Source of the DNA: the human T2T-CHM13v2.0 reference genome, Homo sapiens | Assembly (NCBI RefSeq): GCF_009914755.1 | Contig: NC_060925.1 | DNA length: 64,000 nt | Direction: 5' to 3' (one strand) | In this document: in pieces, positions 1 to 16,324 of the stretch | Position numbering within the stretch: the first letter of the stretch is position 1 | Layout: every line of letters starts with the position of its first letter | Program-made: the position numbers and the translations under genes | The notes under the pieces: model-generated | Databases searched by the model: none | Told to the model about the DNA's origin: nothing | The model's input: only the letters and a program-made list of their open reading frames with translations

Positions 1-381
1 GTTATGCACTCTGGTTGATGCAAAGGAAGAGACAGTGTGTGTCCCCAAGGGGACTTTAGTTTAAAGGGGAGAGGAAACAAACTGAACAAAAGCAAAGAGA
101 AATTGCAAATGGCACTTGGGTTCCAGCTCAGCCCTCTTGCGTGTGTCCTCCCTAAGACCTCCGCATGCTGCCGGGGGCTTCCATTTGCATGGTCAGCCCT
201 GACTCTGTGTTCCTCCTTCCTTAGGATTCCTGGGCTCACCTTGTGACTGTTTTATTTTCTCTGTTCTACACCAATTGAGGCATGAAACTTGGCCCCTTAT
301 CCTTGATTTCCACAAAGGATTTGGAGAGATGGAAGGGTTTCAAGTCTCAAGAATGCAGGCCACCTGCAACAGAGTGTTTGA

Positions 382-850
<469 letters not shown>

Positions 851-1519
851 ACTTCCCTGTTCTTAAAAAAATCCCTCAGCCATTTAGTCCCATCACAAAG
901 TTATTTAGCCCTCTTTCTTCCCAACAACTCCAAAAAAAAAAAAAAAGTCCTCTTTCTTCACTATGTGGAGGAACTTTCCAATCATTGAGCTCATCTGGTA
1001 CTCCCTTCGCTGACCTAAAGACCCATCAAAGTACTAAGCCAGGCATCGTCTGCTCTGCGCCTCCACCGGCCTCTCACCCTCTGCTCCCTCCCAGATTCCC
1101 AAGGAAAGGGGCCATGAGAGTCTTCTTTCCCCTCTGATTGAATCCCACACATACACACCCCAAAAGGCAAACATGACTGCAATCAATCTTGGTTTTAAAC
1201 AAAGGAGTTTATCCATGAGTTACACAAATATGTGTAAGTGGATAGAGACATCTGAGCCCATGAGGGGCCCTGGCATGATGGGCATAGAGGAGGGCCGGCT
1301 AGGTCTTGGAGACAGCTGGTTTTCACCAGTTTTACAGGAAGTCTGAGCTTTGAGTTTTAAAGAATGAAGAAAACATGCCAGATAAGAGGAATGGTATAAG
1401 AGAATTAAGAAAGACCACAAACATGGGTAGAGGGGAGTATTTATTATTTATATTCTCTACAGCAAAGAAATGGTGAGTGAACTCTCCCTACTGCATCCGT
1501 ACATTAAAACACCGTATCT

Positions 1520-1670
1520 AGGCTGGGCACAGTGGCTCACACCTGTAATCCCAGCACTTTGGGAGGCTGAGGCTGGAGGATCGTTTGAGCCTAGGAGTTT
1601 GAGGTTTCAGTGAGCTAGGATCATTCCACTGCAGTCCAGCCCAGCCTGGGTGTTCTAAAAAGAACCAAAC
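1520..1670 (+). mobile_element. Alu monomer (FLAM/FAM-like)
   Basis: ggctgggcacagtggctcacacctgtaatcccagc... single arm. Confidence 0.8.
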
Positions 1671-1702
1671 CAAAAACACTGTATCTAAAATCCAGAATGG
1701 GG

Positions 1703-1800
1703 CAGTACTACTCAAAGTGTGGTCTGGGGACAGCAGCCCCAACATGGCTCGGGGGCTTGTTAGAAATGCACATTCATAGGCCCCACCGCAGGCCTACCTA
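1703..1800 (+). mobile_element. MER5A-like hAT-Charlie DNA transposon fragment
   Basis: cagtactactcaaagtgtggtc...ttgttagaaatgcacattc...ccccacc resembles the MER5A consensus. Confidence 0.6.
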
Positions 1801-1877
1801 ATGCACTGGTGTCCTGCCCTGTGCTCATCCAGCTCCCACGGGGGGCCAATAACTATGCTCTGGTTACGTGTCCACAG

Positions 1878-1935
1878 GATGCGGAGATCTCTGCCTTTGA
1901 GCTGCAGACCATCCTGAGAAGGGTTCTAGCAAAGC
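1878..1935 (+). CDS. CAPN2: CAPN2 coding exon (about exon 15), DAEISAFELQTILRRVLAK(R)
   Basis: ccacag|GAT acceptor, AGC|gtgagt donor; peptide matches the start of the calpain-2 penta-EF-hand domain. Confidence 0.97.
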
Positions 1936-2157
1936 GTGAGTATCCCCTCATTGCAAAACCTCATCCTGCTCTTTCCCCTGTGGATGGGAGGGAACATGGA
2001 AATCTTTCCCCCTCCATGTCTGGCTGCTGTGACTAAACCACCACCCTCCATCCCCTCCAAGAAGTGGATGAAGGATTTGTATGATGTGATGAAAAAGAAC
2101 AAGTGTTTGTAGCATCCACAGATCAAAGATCAAATCCAGGTTTCCACTACATACTAG

Positions 2158-2615
<458 letters not shown>

Positions 2616-3929
2616 ACATCTTGTAACTAACTATTTCTTAAGCAAAAAAATGTCAGAGGATTGATTGTTCAACCCCTTACTGTGGATCACCAGCAGGGAG
2701 GAGCGGGAAACACAACACAGAGACATTTTTTCCCCTCAAATTATCAAAAGAATCACGCTGCATTTGTTAAGAGAGCAACTGGCAATCCAGGAAGCAGAGT
2801 TTTGAACATATCAGAAGTTAGGAATCTGCATCAGAGACAAATGCAGTCATGGTTGTTTGCTGCATACCAGCCCTAGGGATCATCTCGAGAAGCCTCATGG
2901 ACTTCAAGGGACATCATTCCCTCTGACAAGATGGCCTCTAGCCTAACTCCATGAGATAAAATAAATCTGCCTTTCAGAGCCAAAGAAGAGTCCAGGGCCA
3001 GCTGGGTCTTCCCTCCCAGTGTGAACCAAGAGGGCTGGGCCAGTCAGGTTACGGTCAGTCCAGTGCAGGGCCTCCCCAGAGGAGACCCAGTCTGCACCCG
3101 CCCTCCTCTAATTTTCAGGGAAGGCAAGAAGATTGTGTTTACCCTGGAGGCCACCAGGCACAAGTGAGGTCACAGAGCTCTTCAGATATGCAGTCCTCAT
3201 GAGCTGAGGAGACTAAAGCCTCATTGTTTCTGCACAGATGGAGGGTGGGGCTGGGAGGTGGGGAAGAAGCGGGCCTTGCCTGGATTCAGCCCGCTCCTTG
3301 CTGGGGGAGCAGCATTCGCTCCGCACGTGCCTCTGAGCTTACTACCCTACCCCTAGCTGCCTGCTGACTCCAGCCTTCTGGAGGGCTCCAACACCAGAGT
3401 CTGCATGCACAGCTGCTGGGCCAGAGCCTTACGACCATCTAAGAAGGGGTTGGTGCCCAGAGTGGCAGCTTTGAGGCAGGTCAGGCTCTAACCTCTTTCG
3501 GGGACATAACAAAAAGGCTGGGCTTTTCGTGAAGTCTGTGGGGAGCCAGGTTCACATTGGTGACTAGGGAGGGTCTCATGCCACCTGCCAAACACCAAGT
3601 GGACAGGACTCACTTAGTGCAGCACAAATAGCTCGTGGATCGATCCCAGTTCCTCAGGTTTCTCAGTCAGCTGGGGACACAGTCCATAAATGTCTGCAGA
3701 TGGACAGTTCAAGTAAACCTCTTTCTCTCACGGGTCATAGCCTAGAATTAACACACCTGCTCTCTGTTTTCTTTTTCCCTGCCCAACAACTACAGGTGAC
3801 TTTATATCCTGTGGGCACCTAAGGCCCAACCATTGATCATTCTGTTATTTATTTGTTCAAAAAGCACTTTTTAAAGCCCTGTTTGCCCACGGCAAATATA
3901 CAGAGACATCAGGACAATGTGGACATCAT

Positions 3930-4062
3930 CTGCACTGTCCCAGTCTGGTAGTCACTAGCCACATGTGGCTATTTAATATAATGGAAGTGGCTTCTGTATG
4001 TGAAGGGCACAGATAAAGAATATCTCCATGATTGTGGAAAGTTCAGTTGGACATCACCGCTC
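3930..4062. mobile_element. MER3-like DNA transposon remnant
   Basis: ctgcactgtcc...agccacatgtggctatt...gaaagttcagttggaca resembles MER3 ends. Confidence 0.55.
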
Positions 4063-4098
4063 AGAGATTTTTCCTGTCACACTGATTTTGTCTTTTAG

Positions 4099-4163
4099 GC
4101 CAAGATATCAAGTCAGATGGCTTCAGCATCGAGACATGCAAAATTATGGTTGACATGCTAGAT
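4099..4163 (+). CDS. CAPN2: CAPN2 coding exon (about exon 16), (R)QDIKSDGFSIETCKIMVDMLD
   Basis: ttttag|GC acceptor; donor GAT|gtatccttt; phase continuous with the previous exon. Confidence 0.97.
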
Positions 4164-4408
4164 GTATCCTTTAATGTGCTCCAGGGAATAGAGACTGGGG
4201 GAGTTTAAAATCTCACTCCAGAAAGATTCAAACACATGGCCTTCTCCCTTTTCAAAATAGCCAGTTGTTCCCAACTTGCTGAGTTGCTGTCGGACAGTCA
4301 GCAGCGCTGACCTCCCTTACTAGGGAAATGCGAGAACCCTCTGATGAGGGAAAGCAAATGCTACACCCCCCCTCCCACCTACCCTGAAAGGCTTAGAATG
4401 CAGGCCCA

Positions 4409-4771
<363 letters not shown>

Positions 4772-4906
4772 TCACTTCTTTGCACAAAGCAGCTCGAATT
4801 TGTTTCCTCAGTGATGTGTTTCCATTACTTCCTCTAGGAAAATATTCCCTAACCACAGTATTTCTGATGTGAATCTGTTTTGTCTGATCAAGATCGTCGT
4901 CTTCTT

Positions 4907-6697
<1,791 letters not shown>

Positions 6698-6833
6698 CTA
6701 CTTCCCTTTTGCTCTAGCTCCTTCCCAGGCCACCCACCTTTCCCCAAGGCAAACTAGTCATCCATTTCCCCCTTGTTTCCAATGCTTAGTGAGAAGTGGT
6801 GGTAAGGGGCAGCCTAAGCTTCTGTGAAGTTTT

Positions 6834-7153
6834 TTCTGTTTTGTTTGTTTAGTTGGTTGGTTGGTTTTTTGAGACGGGGTCTCACTGTGTCACCCAGGCT
6901 GGAGGGCAGTGGCATGATCTCAGCTCACTCGAACCTCCGCCTCCCAGGTTCAGGTGATTCTCCCCCCTCCAGCCTCCCTAGTAGCTAGGACTACAGGTGC
7001 GCGCCACCATGCCCAGCTGATTTTTCTATTTTTAGTAGAGACAGGGTTTCACCGTGTTGGCCAGGCTGGTGTCGAATTCCTGACCACAGGTGATCTGCCC
7101 ACCTTGGCCTCCCAAAGTGCTGGGATTAGAGGTGTGAGCCACCATGCCTGGCC
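6834..7153 (-). mobile_element. AluS in the U12 intron
   Basis: Full dimer; TSD CTTCTGTGAAGTTTT at 6819-6833 and 7155-7169. Confidence 0.92.
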
Positions 7154-7573
7154 ACTTCTGTGAAGTTTTATCTAGTGGATTCATGGTGTACACCTGCTAG
7201 CTCCCTTCACCAAAGGCCTCTTAGATATACTCCACATACTTTAAAAAAAACAGCAAGGGCCTAGCCACTAGAAGCCATCCAAAGCCCTCTGCATGTCATC
7301 CAATACCTCATTTTTAGTAGTATCTGGGGCCTCCACAGCACCCCTAGATCAAAACAGCAACCAGATTCGGCAGGGAGCCAGCAGGTCTTTCTCGCCCTTC
7401 CTCCAATCCTTTAAATGGAGGTTTAGCCAGTGGGAAAAGCAGGAAAAGGATCCTTCTGCAAACCCTCCTTGTGTATATGCTATGATATTCAAAAGATCCA
7501 GTTGAGAAGACAAACTAGGTGACACTATGTGCAAATGGACCCACACTCAAGGGCTTTCCTTGACTGAAGGCAG

Positions 7574-7642
7574 TCGGACGGGAGTGGCAAGCTGGGGCTG
7601 AAGGAGTTCTACATTCTCTGGACGAAGATTCAAAAATACCAA
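7574..7642 (+). CDS. CAPN2: CAPN2 coding exon (about exon 17), SDGSGKLGLKEFYILWTKIQKYQ (EF-hand)
   Basis: ggcag|TCG acceptor, CAA|gtaaga donor; completes the EF-hand loop DSDGSGKLGLKEF. Confidence 0.97.
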
Positions 7643-8179
7643 GTAAGATCCCAGAGATGCGGGTGGATCTGTGTTGGGAAACATTCTGTTCATATGCTTT
7701 AAGATGCAGCAACTCCTGCACAGAGTGGAGAAACATTTCCAAGGGGATTGGGATTTTACCCATAATGAAGCTCAGAGTGAGTAAAGATGGGGCTGAGGAA
7801 ATGCAAACAAAAAACCAACCAGGACTTCGCAGGTGAAATGGCCTATTCCCTTCCTCCTGATTATTGGGATCATCTAAAGGCCACCATCAAGGGTTTCCTG
7901 AAAAGGGTTTTTGACAGCTAAAGTACAAAAATTATATAAGACAAGAACATGGACCTATGGGCGTTGGCTGGCTGATTTGATGGGCATATTTACAAACCAG
8001 CTCACAGACAGAAGCAAAATACTATTAGTTATTTAAGGCAGAAACATAAGTGATTCTTCCACGGCCAAACTAGAGGCACAGAGCTGGAAAAACTTCATCC
8101 CCACTCAGCACATACTAGGGAGGTAACTTGCCAGCTTTGCTTTGGGTCATAGTTCTTACAGCTAACTTATGTGTTCCAG

Positions 8180-8258
8180 AAAATTTACCGAGAAATCGAC
8201 GTTGACAGGTCTGGTACCATGAATTCCTATGAAATGCGGAAGGCATTAGAAGAAGCAG
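8180..8258 (+). CDS. CAPN2: CAPN2 coding exon (about exon 18), KIYREIDVDRSGTMNSYEMRKALEEA(G)
   Basis: ttccag|AAA acceptor, CAG|gtaacc donor; EF-hand loop DVDRSGTMNSYE. Confidence 0.97.
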
Positions 8259-9541
8259 GTAACCCTTTATAACTGCATTTTCGTTCCTAGTTTAATCTGT
8301 CTGTAGAATATGTGAACACTCATCTTATACCATATAACACAAGATTTGGTAAAGCTATAAAATAAAGTAGGTGCTGGTTTAATACAGACACCTCCTTTTC
8401 ATTCCCCTTTCAAAGACTAATTGGTAAAATTAAATGCAGTAGGATGCTCTGCCCTCTGTGCCTTCTTGAATCCAAGTTTCCTTTGGAGCCGCCTGGCACA
8501 GTAAGCAGGCAAAGCCAGGTCTCAACAGCCTCCTCCAGGTGCTTCCTTTCTGGTGCAGGGTTGGTTAGGCAGAAATCAAATGTCTCAGCTCAGCCCTTAG
8601 GGTAAGACCCTAGCAGAATTGGATATCAATAAAAGGACACAAGCGAGTGGTAGACCAGCAAAGCAGGAGACTGCTGGGCTTTGGGAACAAATGTGTCAGC
8701 ATGAGGCTGTTCATTCTATTTGCTGGAATATAATGCTGCTGCAGAGACCCCACACAACATTGGTTTATACGAGGTATGTCTTTCTGTCGTATAGCAATCC
8801 CAGCTCCAGCAGTCCACGGCTAGGACGGTGCCTCCTACTATCCTACCATGTCACTATCTGATCACGCTTCCCCCAGCCTCCCCCCATCCATGATGCCCAC
8901 CGGACCTTCAAGGGTCACCCTCATCCAAGGGACCTGGGACAGCCTGCCACCACAAACACATGCCACCAACAGGTTGACAGAAGAAGGGCCCCTTGCCTTT
9001 AAGGGCACACAGGCCATTTCCGGTCACACATCCCACCAGCCAGACTCTGATCACAAGGCCTCTGTTGACTGCAAGGAAGCTGGGACATGCAGTCTTGATG
9101 CTAGGTGGCCATAGGCTCAATAAAAATTATTTTACTCTGGAAGGAGAGAGAACTACTATGAGTTTACCAGGAAAGCTTCTGCTCACATATATCCAGGAAG
9201 AATCTGATCTTCAAGACGATTGAGAGCTAAACAAAAAATCAAACAGCAGCAGCATGGTTAACAACATGAAGCAACTGTGACCATGAGAACAGAAACAGGC
9301 AAGAAAACACTTATGTGTCAGCAAAGGACACAGGCAGGGTGAAGGTGGACAGTTCAAAAACAAAAGAAACAGCAGAAGGTACTGGCTTTGCAAAATCAAA
9401 CCAGTCTCACAGAAGAGCAGCCAAGGGACAAAAGCAATTATACCTCATTTAAATCACCACATTAGTTTCATAGCCTGTGAGCGCAGCTAAATGGAACAAT
9501 CTAATGCTTAGCAATGAGTTTGTTTGTTCATGTAACTTCAG

Positions 9542-9658
9542 GTTTCAAGATGCCCTGTCAACTCCACCAAGTCATCGTTGCTCGGTTTGCAGATGACCAG
9601 CTCATCATCGATTTTGATAATTTTGTTCGGTGTTTGGTTCGGCTGGAAACGCTATTCA
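9542..9658 (+). CDS. CAPN2: CAPN2 coding exon (about exon 19), (G)FKMPCQLHQVIVARFADDQLIIDFDNFVRCLVRLETLF(K)
   Basis: cttcag|GT acceptor, TCA|gtaagt donor; calpain domain IV sequence. Confidence 0.97.
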
Positions 9659-9913
9659 GTAAGTGGATATTTGGGGAATGACTCATTTCAGTTCTCTTGG
9701 TATTAAAGTGGCCTGCCTTTCACCTCGGTGAAATCATCTAAACTAGAGACATGTCTTCCAGGAGTTGAGAATGAAATTCCCTCTTTACTAATTTGAGGGT
9801 GAGGAAGAAAGCATGTATGGTGGTCAGTGAAGTCAGTTGCTGAACTGAAAAGAGGATAATGTGATCTGTTTCAGCTCACTCACTTGTGACACCCTCTTTT
9901 TCTCCCTCCACAG

Positions 9914-9972
9914 AGATATTTAAGCAGCTGGATCCCGAGAATACTGGAACAATAGAGCTCGACCTTATCTCT
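9914..9972 (+). CDS. CAPN2: CAPN2 coding exon (about exon 20), (K)IFKQLDPENTGTIELDLIS
   Basis: ccacag|AG acceptor after a pyrimidine tract, TCT|gtgagt donor. Confidence 0.97.
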
Positions 9973-10977
9973 GTGAGTCAGCAGGCCCCGCCTTGCTTCT
10001 AAGGGGATGGGGGAGGCATGGGGCGGAAAGGGCTGTTACTTGAGTGATCTGCTTTTTCAAGTTTTGCTTTAAAGAGCTCTTGGTCTGTCGGGGCCAGGCC
10101 TGTAACCGGTTGTAAGATCCCACAATGCACTTTTACTTGCAGTTGTTTTCCAACCACCTATTCTCAAGTCCAAAATGCACGCCTGGCTCCCTCTTCTCAT
10201 GAGCTTTGACTTGAGTGTAGCTCAAGGTTAAACTAAGGAGTGGCTGCAGGATCATGCTTAGAAAAATGAACTCCTGATTAGCATGCAAGGGAGAACATGT
10301 TTATATAAAGAAATCCTTCAGCTGAAATTCAAGTTGGGTTTTGGGAAGATCCATCATTCTTAGAGTGGATCTACTTAAAATACTTTAAGCAAATTAGTTT
10401 TCTCTACTCCCTCCCCGTTTAAGATAAAACCAATACTAGTAAATACGTTTGCCATTTATTATTGTTATTGCACTCATGTGTCTGGAACCCTAGCAATACA
10501 CATCTCTGAAATGATCATCAATCTGAATTAAGTGGGTATGCTAATTTCACAAAAAGCAAAGCGTAAAATGTTCTCGTGTCATCCCAATGACAGGAAGTTC
10601 TCTCACTGAAAGAAAGAAGCCAGGTGGGGTATACTTCCATTATCACCTGGCTCCAGTCAGCATTTCCTCTATACTCAGGGAAGGCCACAGAGGGCCGGGC
10701 GAAGTGGCTGACACTGGGTGAGAATGGCAGTTGTCAGTCCTGTCCGTGTAACAGAGGAGTGAAGTGGTGAGGAGGGCAGGTCTAAGGCACTGGCAGCTCT
10801 TTTCCATGGATTTTGAACTCTGGAGGAAGGCAGCAACTAAATAACTGTCTCATTCTGCTATTATGCATTGTATTAGCAAAGTGAAAATATAGTCTATCTG
10901 GTTACAAATAACACTAACTTGCTTAAAACTTTACATATCCTAGGAAATATCTCTACCCCTAGATTGCAATGTAGAGT

Positions 10978-11790
<813 letters not shown>

Positions 11791-12566
11791 TAGAGTCAAC
11801 ACAACTGTGACACGAAACATGCCACATGTTAAGTTCTGGAAATCCTAGCCTGTCATTCTTGCTGGATATCCTATTCTACCCCAGCCACCCACCCCCACTC
11901 CAGGGTCCACCTGGCCTGCCTGCTCAGTCCACTCCCTCCGCATCTCCTCCGAGAAGCATCTTCTTACCCACTGGCTTTTCCTGCCACTCCTAAGCCTTAC
12001 CTTTTGCAGGTTCCTGGAGATCCTCGCTTCTCGTAGTCTTTGCAAGGATGAGCCATGTTCAGAAGCTCTCCGTTCAGTCTGCAGGGATTTCAACCTTGGC
12101 TGCAGATTCCATCACATGGGGAGCTTTGCCAAAGTGCTGGTGTCCTGTCTGTATCCCAGACCAGTTGAATCAATCTGATTTAAAGTTTCCGTATCACTAC
12201 AACTTAGAACCAATGCTGAACACCATTGGTTGCAGGGATATCCACATCCCAAACTAACTTCTGATGTGATACTCTGAGGCAGAGATGTGAAAATGCTAAT
12301 TTCTGTTGTGTGAATTTCACTTTTCATGTGTGCAATCAACCCTGTAATATGATTCATGGCCACTTAATGCAAATCACACAGACTACTGACCTGTTAAAAG
12401 CTAGACTCTAGAAATCAGGTAAGAAAAATATGAGTTAGTGCACTGATATTGTAGCCCTCAATCAGCTTTTCCAGTACAAGTTTTTTGGAACAATCTACAG
12501 GTACTTAAATAGCCTTTAATTTTAAAAGTGGTCACTGAGCTGACTTTTTTTTTTCCTTCCTCACAG

Positions 12567-12590
12567 TGGCTCTGTTTCTCAGTACTTTGA
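12567..12590 (+). CDS. CAPN2: CAPN2 last exon, coding part WLCFSVL*
   Basis: Strong pyrimidine tract then tcacag|TGG; TGA at 12588-12590; matches the calpain-2 C-terminus. Confidence 0.97.
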   Translation, partial: WLCFSVL

Positions 12591-13544
12591 AGTTATAACT
12601 AATCTGCCTGAAGACTTCTCATGATGGAAAATCAGCCAAGGACTAAGCTTCCATAGAAATACACTTTGTATCTGGACCTCAAAATTATGGGAACATTTAC
12701 TTAAACGGATGATCATAGCTGAAAATAATGATACTGTCAATTTGAGATAGCAGAAGTTTCACACATCAAAGTAAAAGATTTGCATATCATTATACTAAAT
12801 GCAAATGAGTCGCTTAACCCTTGACAAGGTCAAAGAAAGCTTTAAATCTGTAAATAGTATACACTTTTTACTTTTACACACTTTCCTGTTCATAGCAATA
12901 TTAAATCAGGAAAAAAAAATGCAGGGAGGTATTTAACAGCTGAGCAAAAACATTGAGTCGCTCTCAAAGGACACGAGGCCCTTGGCAGGGAATATTTAAA
13001 GCAACTTCAAGTTTAAAATGCAGCTGTTGATTCTACCAAACAACAGTCCAAGATTACCATTTCCCATGAGCCAACTGGGAAACATGGTATATCATGAAGT
13101 AATCTTGTCAAGGCATCTGGAGAGTCCAGGAGAGAAGACTCACCTCTGTCGCTTGGGTTAAACAAGAGACAGGTTTTGTAGAATATTGATTGGTAATAGT
13201 AAATCGTTCTCCTTACAATCAAGTTCTTGACCCTATTCGGCCTTATACATCTGGTCTTACAAAGACCAAAGGGATCCTGCGCTTGATCAACTGAACCAGT
13301 ATGCCAAAACCAGGCATCCAATTTGTAAACCAATTATGATAAAGGACAAAATAAGCTGTTTGCCACCTCAAAACTTTATGAACTTCACCACCACTAGTGT
13401 CTGTCCATGGAGTTAGAGGGGACATCACTTAGAAGTTCTTATAGAAAGGACACAAGTTTGTTTCCTGGCTTTACCTTGGGAAAATGCTAGCAACATTATA
13501 GAAATTTTGCCTTGTTGCCTTATCTTCTTCCAAATGTACTGTTA

Positions 13545-13556
13545 AATAAAAATAAA
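13545..13556 (+). terminator. Tandem AATAAA AATAAA, proximal poly(A) signal of CAPN2
   Basis: gttaAATAAAAATAAAggg. Confidence 0.65.
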
Positions 13557-13714
13557 GGGTTACCCCATGCAATCACACCATGCCATGTTTTCCTTCCTGG
13601 AGGGCAGCCCCACAGGACGGTTTATGAGCACACAATTATAGCTTGTTTCTACTTTAACAAGGTATGCTGCCTCTGTAAATTCATGTATTCAAAGGAAAAG
13701 ACACCTTGCCTATA

Positions 13715-13720
13715 ATTAAA
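13715..13720 (+). terminator. ATTAAA, distal poly(A) signal of CAPN2
   Basis: tataATTAAAatg near the end of the AT-rich UTR-like sequence. Confidence 0.55.
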
Positions 13721-14759
13721 ATGTGGAACTATAAAATTTTTTAAAATCCAATTCAGAAACTTTGATAATCTGACCATAACATAAGGGAAGCTCTAATTTC
13801 TACTGCTTGCTGATCTGCTGTTAGGCAGCACAGAGACGTATGTGCCTCTCAGGAAGTTCCCTGCTCGACCTTGGCCAGCTCCTCCTGGGGTAGGTACAAG
13901 CAAGGGAGCTGAGAAAACATGCAGATGAAGTCACTGGTCTGGTGCTTGTGGTTCTTGATGAATCATTTCCTCAAGATGACTTGAGATGATAGGCAAATGC
14001 CATCCTAATATTTCCTGAACAAGGTGAGACAATGGATTTCCCAAACTCGGCTCAAATGAGTTGAAGTTCTCTTGCTTGCTGAGTGGATTTTGAGGGCAAA
14101 GGGGAGGCTGGTGGCCATGAGAGTGCAGGAGTCCCAACCTCCTCGCATCGGTGATTTCTCTGTCCAGCTGCACAGGTGGCAGGAAAGATGTGGGAGATGT
14201 TTGGACTGACTCAAGATTGGAGGTGGGCAAGGGAAGGGTAGCTGAAGGATCAGGGGACAAGGGAATGGACAGTGGGGACTGAAGTGGTTGCAACACAGGA
14301 CCCCAGGGTCCAGGCTGGGAGGGGGTGGGAGTGAAAGGCAGGAGGGATCAGCTTTCGATTCTGAGGAAGAGAGTGGTCTCCAGAGACGAGGTACACAGTG
14401 GAGCAGGAAGGAGGCCCCTCCCATCCGCAGAGGCCATTCCAAACCTGGACTACTGTGCTGACGGCCCTGCATCTCCTGGTGCACTTTCATCTGTGGGACT
14501 GACCTAGTCTCTGAGATAACATTAAATAAATAAGGTATATGCTTATCAGAGCAAATTTAGAAAAGACTGAACAAGAAAAGGGAATAGAGATTACCAAGCA
14601 TCCTGAGTTTTCCCATCTAGTGTAACGTTTGCTAATGCCTGTTTTACAGCGGGCAAAAATAGATAGATACGCAAATAGATGATAAGCAAAGTAAAGCTCA
14701 ACTTTCTGAGCCTGTACGAACTCACCACCCCCCGCCCCCCCGCCGCCACCAACCCTCAC

Positions 14760-15350
14760 TACTTCTTCCCTCCTGGGTCTCTGCTCTGAATTGCAGTCTC
14801 AGGCCCATCAGTCAGTCAGCCCTCTATCAATTAACTCCTCTCTCTCTCTCTCTTCCCCTCTCCTGTTTTTCTTTCCACAGCTCTTCCCTCACAGCATGTA
14901 AACATATATAAATACCTACCACATCCTAAAGTATACTCAATACTCTTACCTCCCCTGCTGCGGCCTCTCCTTCCTCCAGAGCCAAGCTTCTGCTTCCGGA
15001 GAAGCTGTCCACACTGGATCTCAATTCATTTTCCACCCACTACAGTCTGGCTAGTCACCTACCTCTCTTTGCTGCTGCTTTTTATGATCACCAGTTACCT
15101 CCTAATGCCAAATCCTATAAACATCTACCAGCCATTATCTCCCTGGACCTTTCTGCTGCCTTTAACACCATTTACGATTCTCCTGAGAACCCACATTCCT
15201 TTGGTTTCCTTCAGGTCTGCTTCTCTGGCTAACTCCGTCTCCATTCATGTGACAATCTCCACATCCCCAGTGGCTCCACTGCCGTTAGAAGGCGCACAGC
15301 TGGTTTGCATACTCTCCCCTTTAGCATGGTCTGTTCCCCACCTGCTTTCT
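14760..15350. mobile_element. Degraded LINE-2-like sequence
   Basis: C/T-rich degenerate text typical of L2; by-eye call only. Confidence 0.45.
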
Positions 15351-15493
15351 TCCCTTTTATTCTGTAAAGACCTAAAAACTGTGCTACCATAAAAACATGA
15401 CTATAGCATCAATACACAAGAATTGTTCAACATTAGACAAATGATTCAATGACATGATGGAATATTAGGAAGCCATTAAAATTCATGTTAATA

Positions 15494-15783
15494 GGCCAGG
15501 CATGGTGGCTCACACCTGTAATCCCAGCACTTTGGGAGGCTGAGGCAAGTGAATCACTTGAGGTCAGGAGTTCAAGGCCAGCCTGGCCAACATGGCAAAA
15601 CCCCGTCTCTAATAAAAATACAAAAATTAGCCGGGTGTGGTGGCGCAGGCCTGTAATCCCAGCTACTCAGGAGGCTGAGATGAGAATCATTTGAACCCAG
15701 GAGGTGGAGGTTGCCATGAGCTGACATCGCGCCACTACACTCCAGCCTAGGTGACAGAATGAGACCCTGGCTCAAAAAAAAAA
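15494..15783 (+). mobile_element. AluS
   Basis: Full dimer consensus; flanking ttcatgttaata repeat. Confidence 0.9.
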
Positions 15784-16324
15784 TTTTTTTCATGTTAATA
15801 TTTATGATACAATATCAAGTATAATATAGGAGAATGCAGAATTGCTTAAACAATAAGCTCTCAACTATATAAAGAGAAAAAAATCATAGATAAGACTACA
15901 AAGAAATAGGCCCAAGTGTGAATGGTACCTCCAGAGTGGTCTTTTTCCCTCCCTCTTTCATAATCTTTTTCTGTACTATTTCTATAAGGAGCTTTGATAT
16001 AAGGATACTTACTTTAATAATAAAACAAACTAAAGAACAGAAAGACTAACAACAATGATGTTCTCAGTTTAGAATTAAGGAATATAAAACTGGGATCACA
16101 GTTCCCTAATTTTCACATCTTCTCTGTTCATACATCTGTGTAATTCTTTAGTTTGCCAAGTACCTTCATGCACAGAACTTAGGTTTTCCTCAACAACTCG
16201 GAAGCATGCCAAGGCAATGGCATTAAACTCCGCAGATGAGGGAACAAGGCTCAGGGAGGTCGGGTGTCCTTGGCAAGGTCACCTGATGGGTAAGTACGAC
16301 AGCCCAGGACTAGAATCCATGTTG

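Larger units (their letters stand above)
12591..13750 (+). other. CAPN2: CAPN2 3' UTR (end approximate)
   Basis: Follows the stop codon; AT-rich and repeat-free; poly(A) signals at 13545-13556 and 13715-13720. Confidence 0.8.

Noticed and set aside
13931-14490. Intergenic ORFs of 121 and 161 aa on the - strand
   Set aside because: No recognisable domain, biased composition, probably over decayed repeat sequence.
14742-14753. Perfect Kozak-like GCCGCCACC
   Set aside because: Followed by AAC rather than ATG; part of a C-rich tract with no promoter or ORF context.
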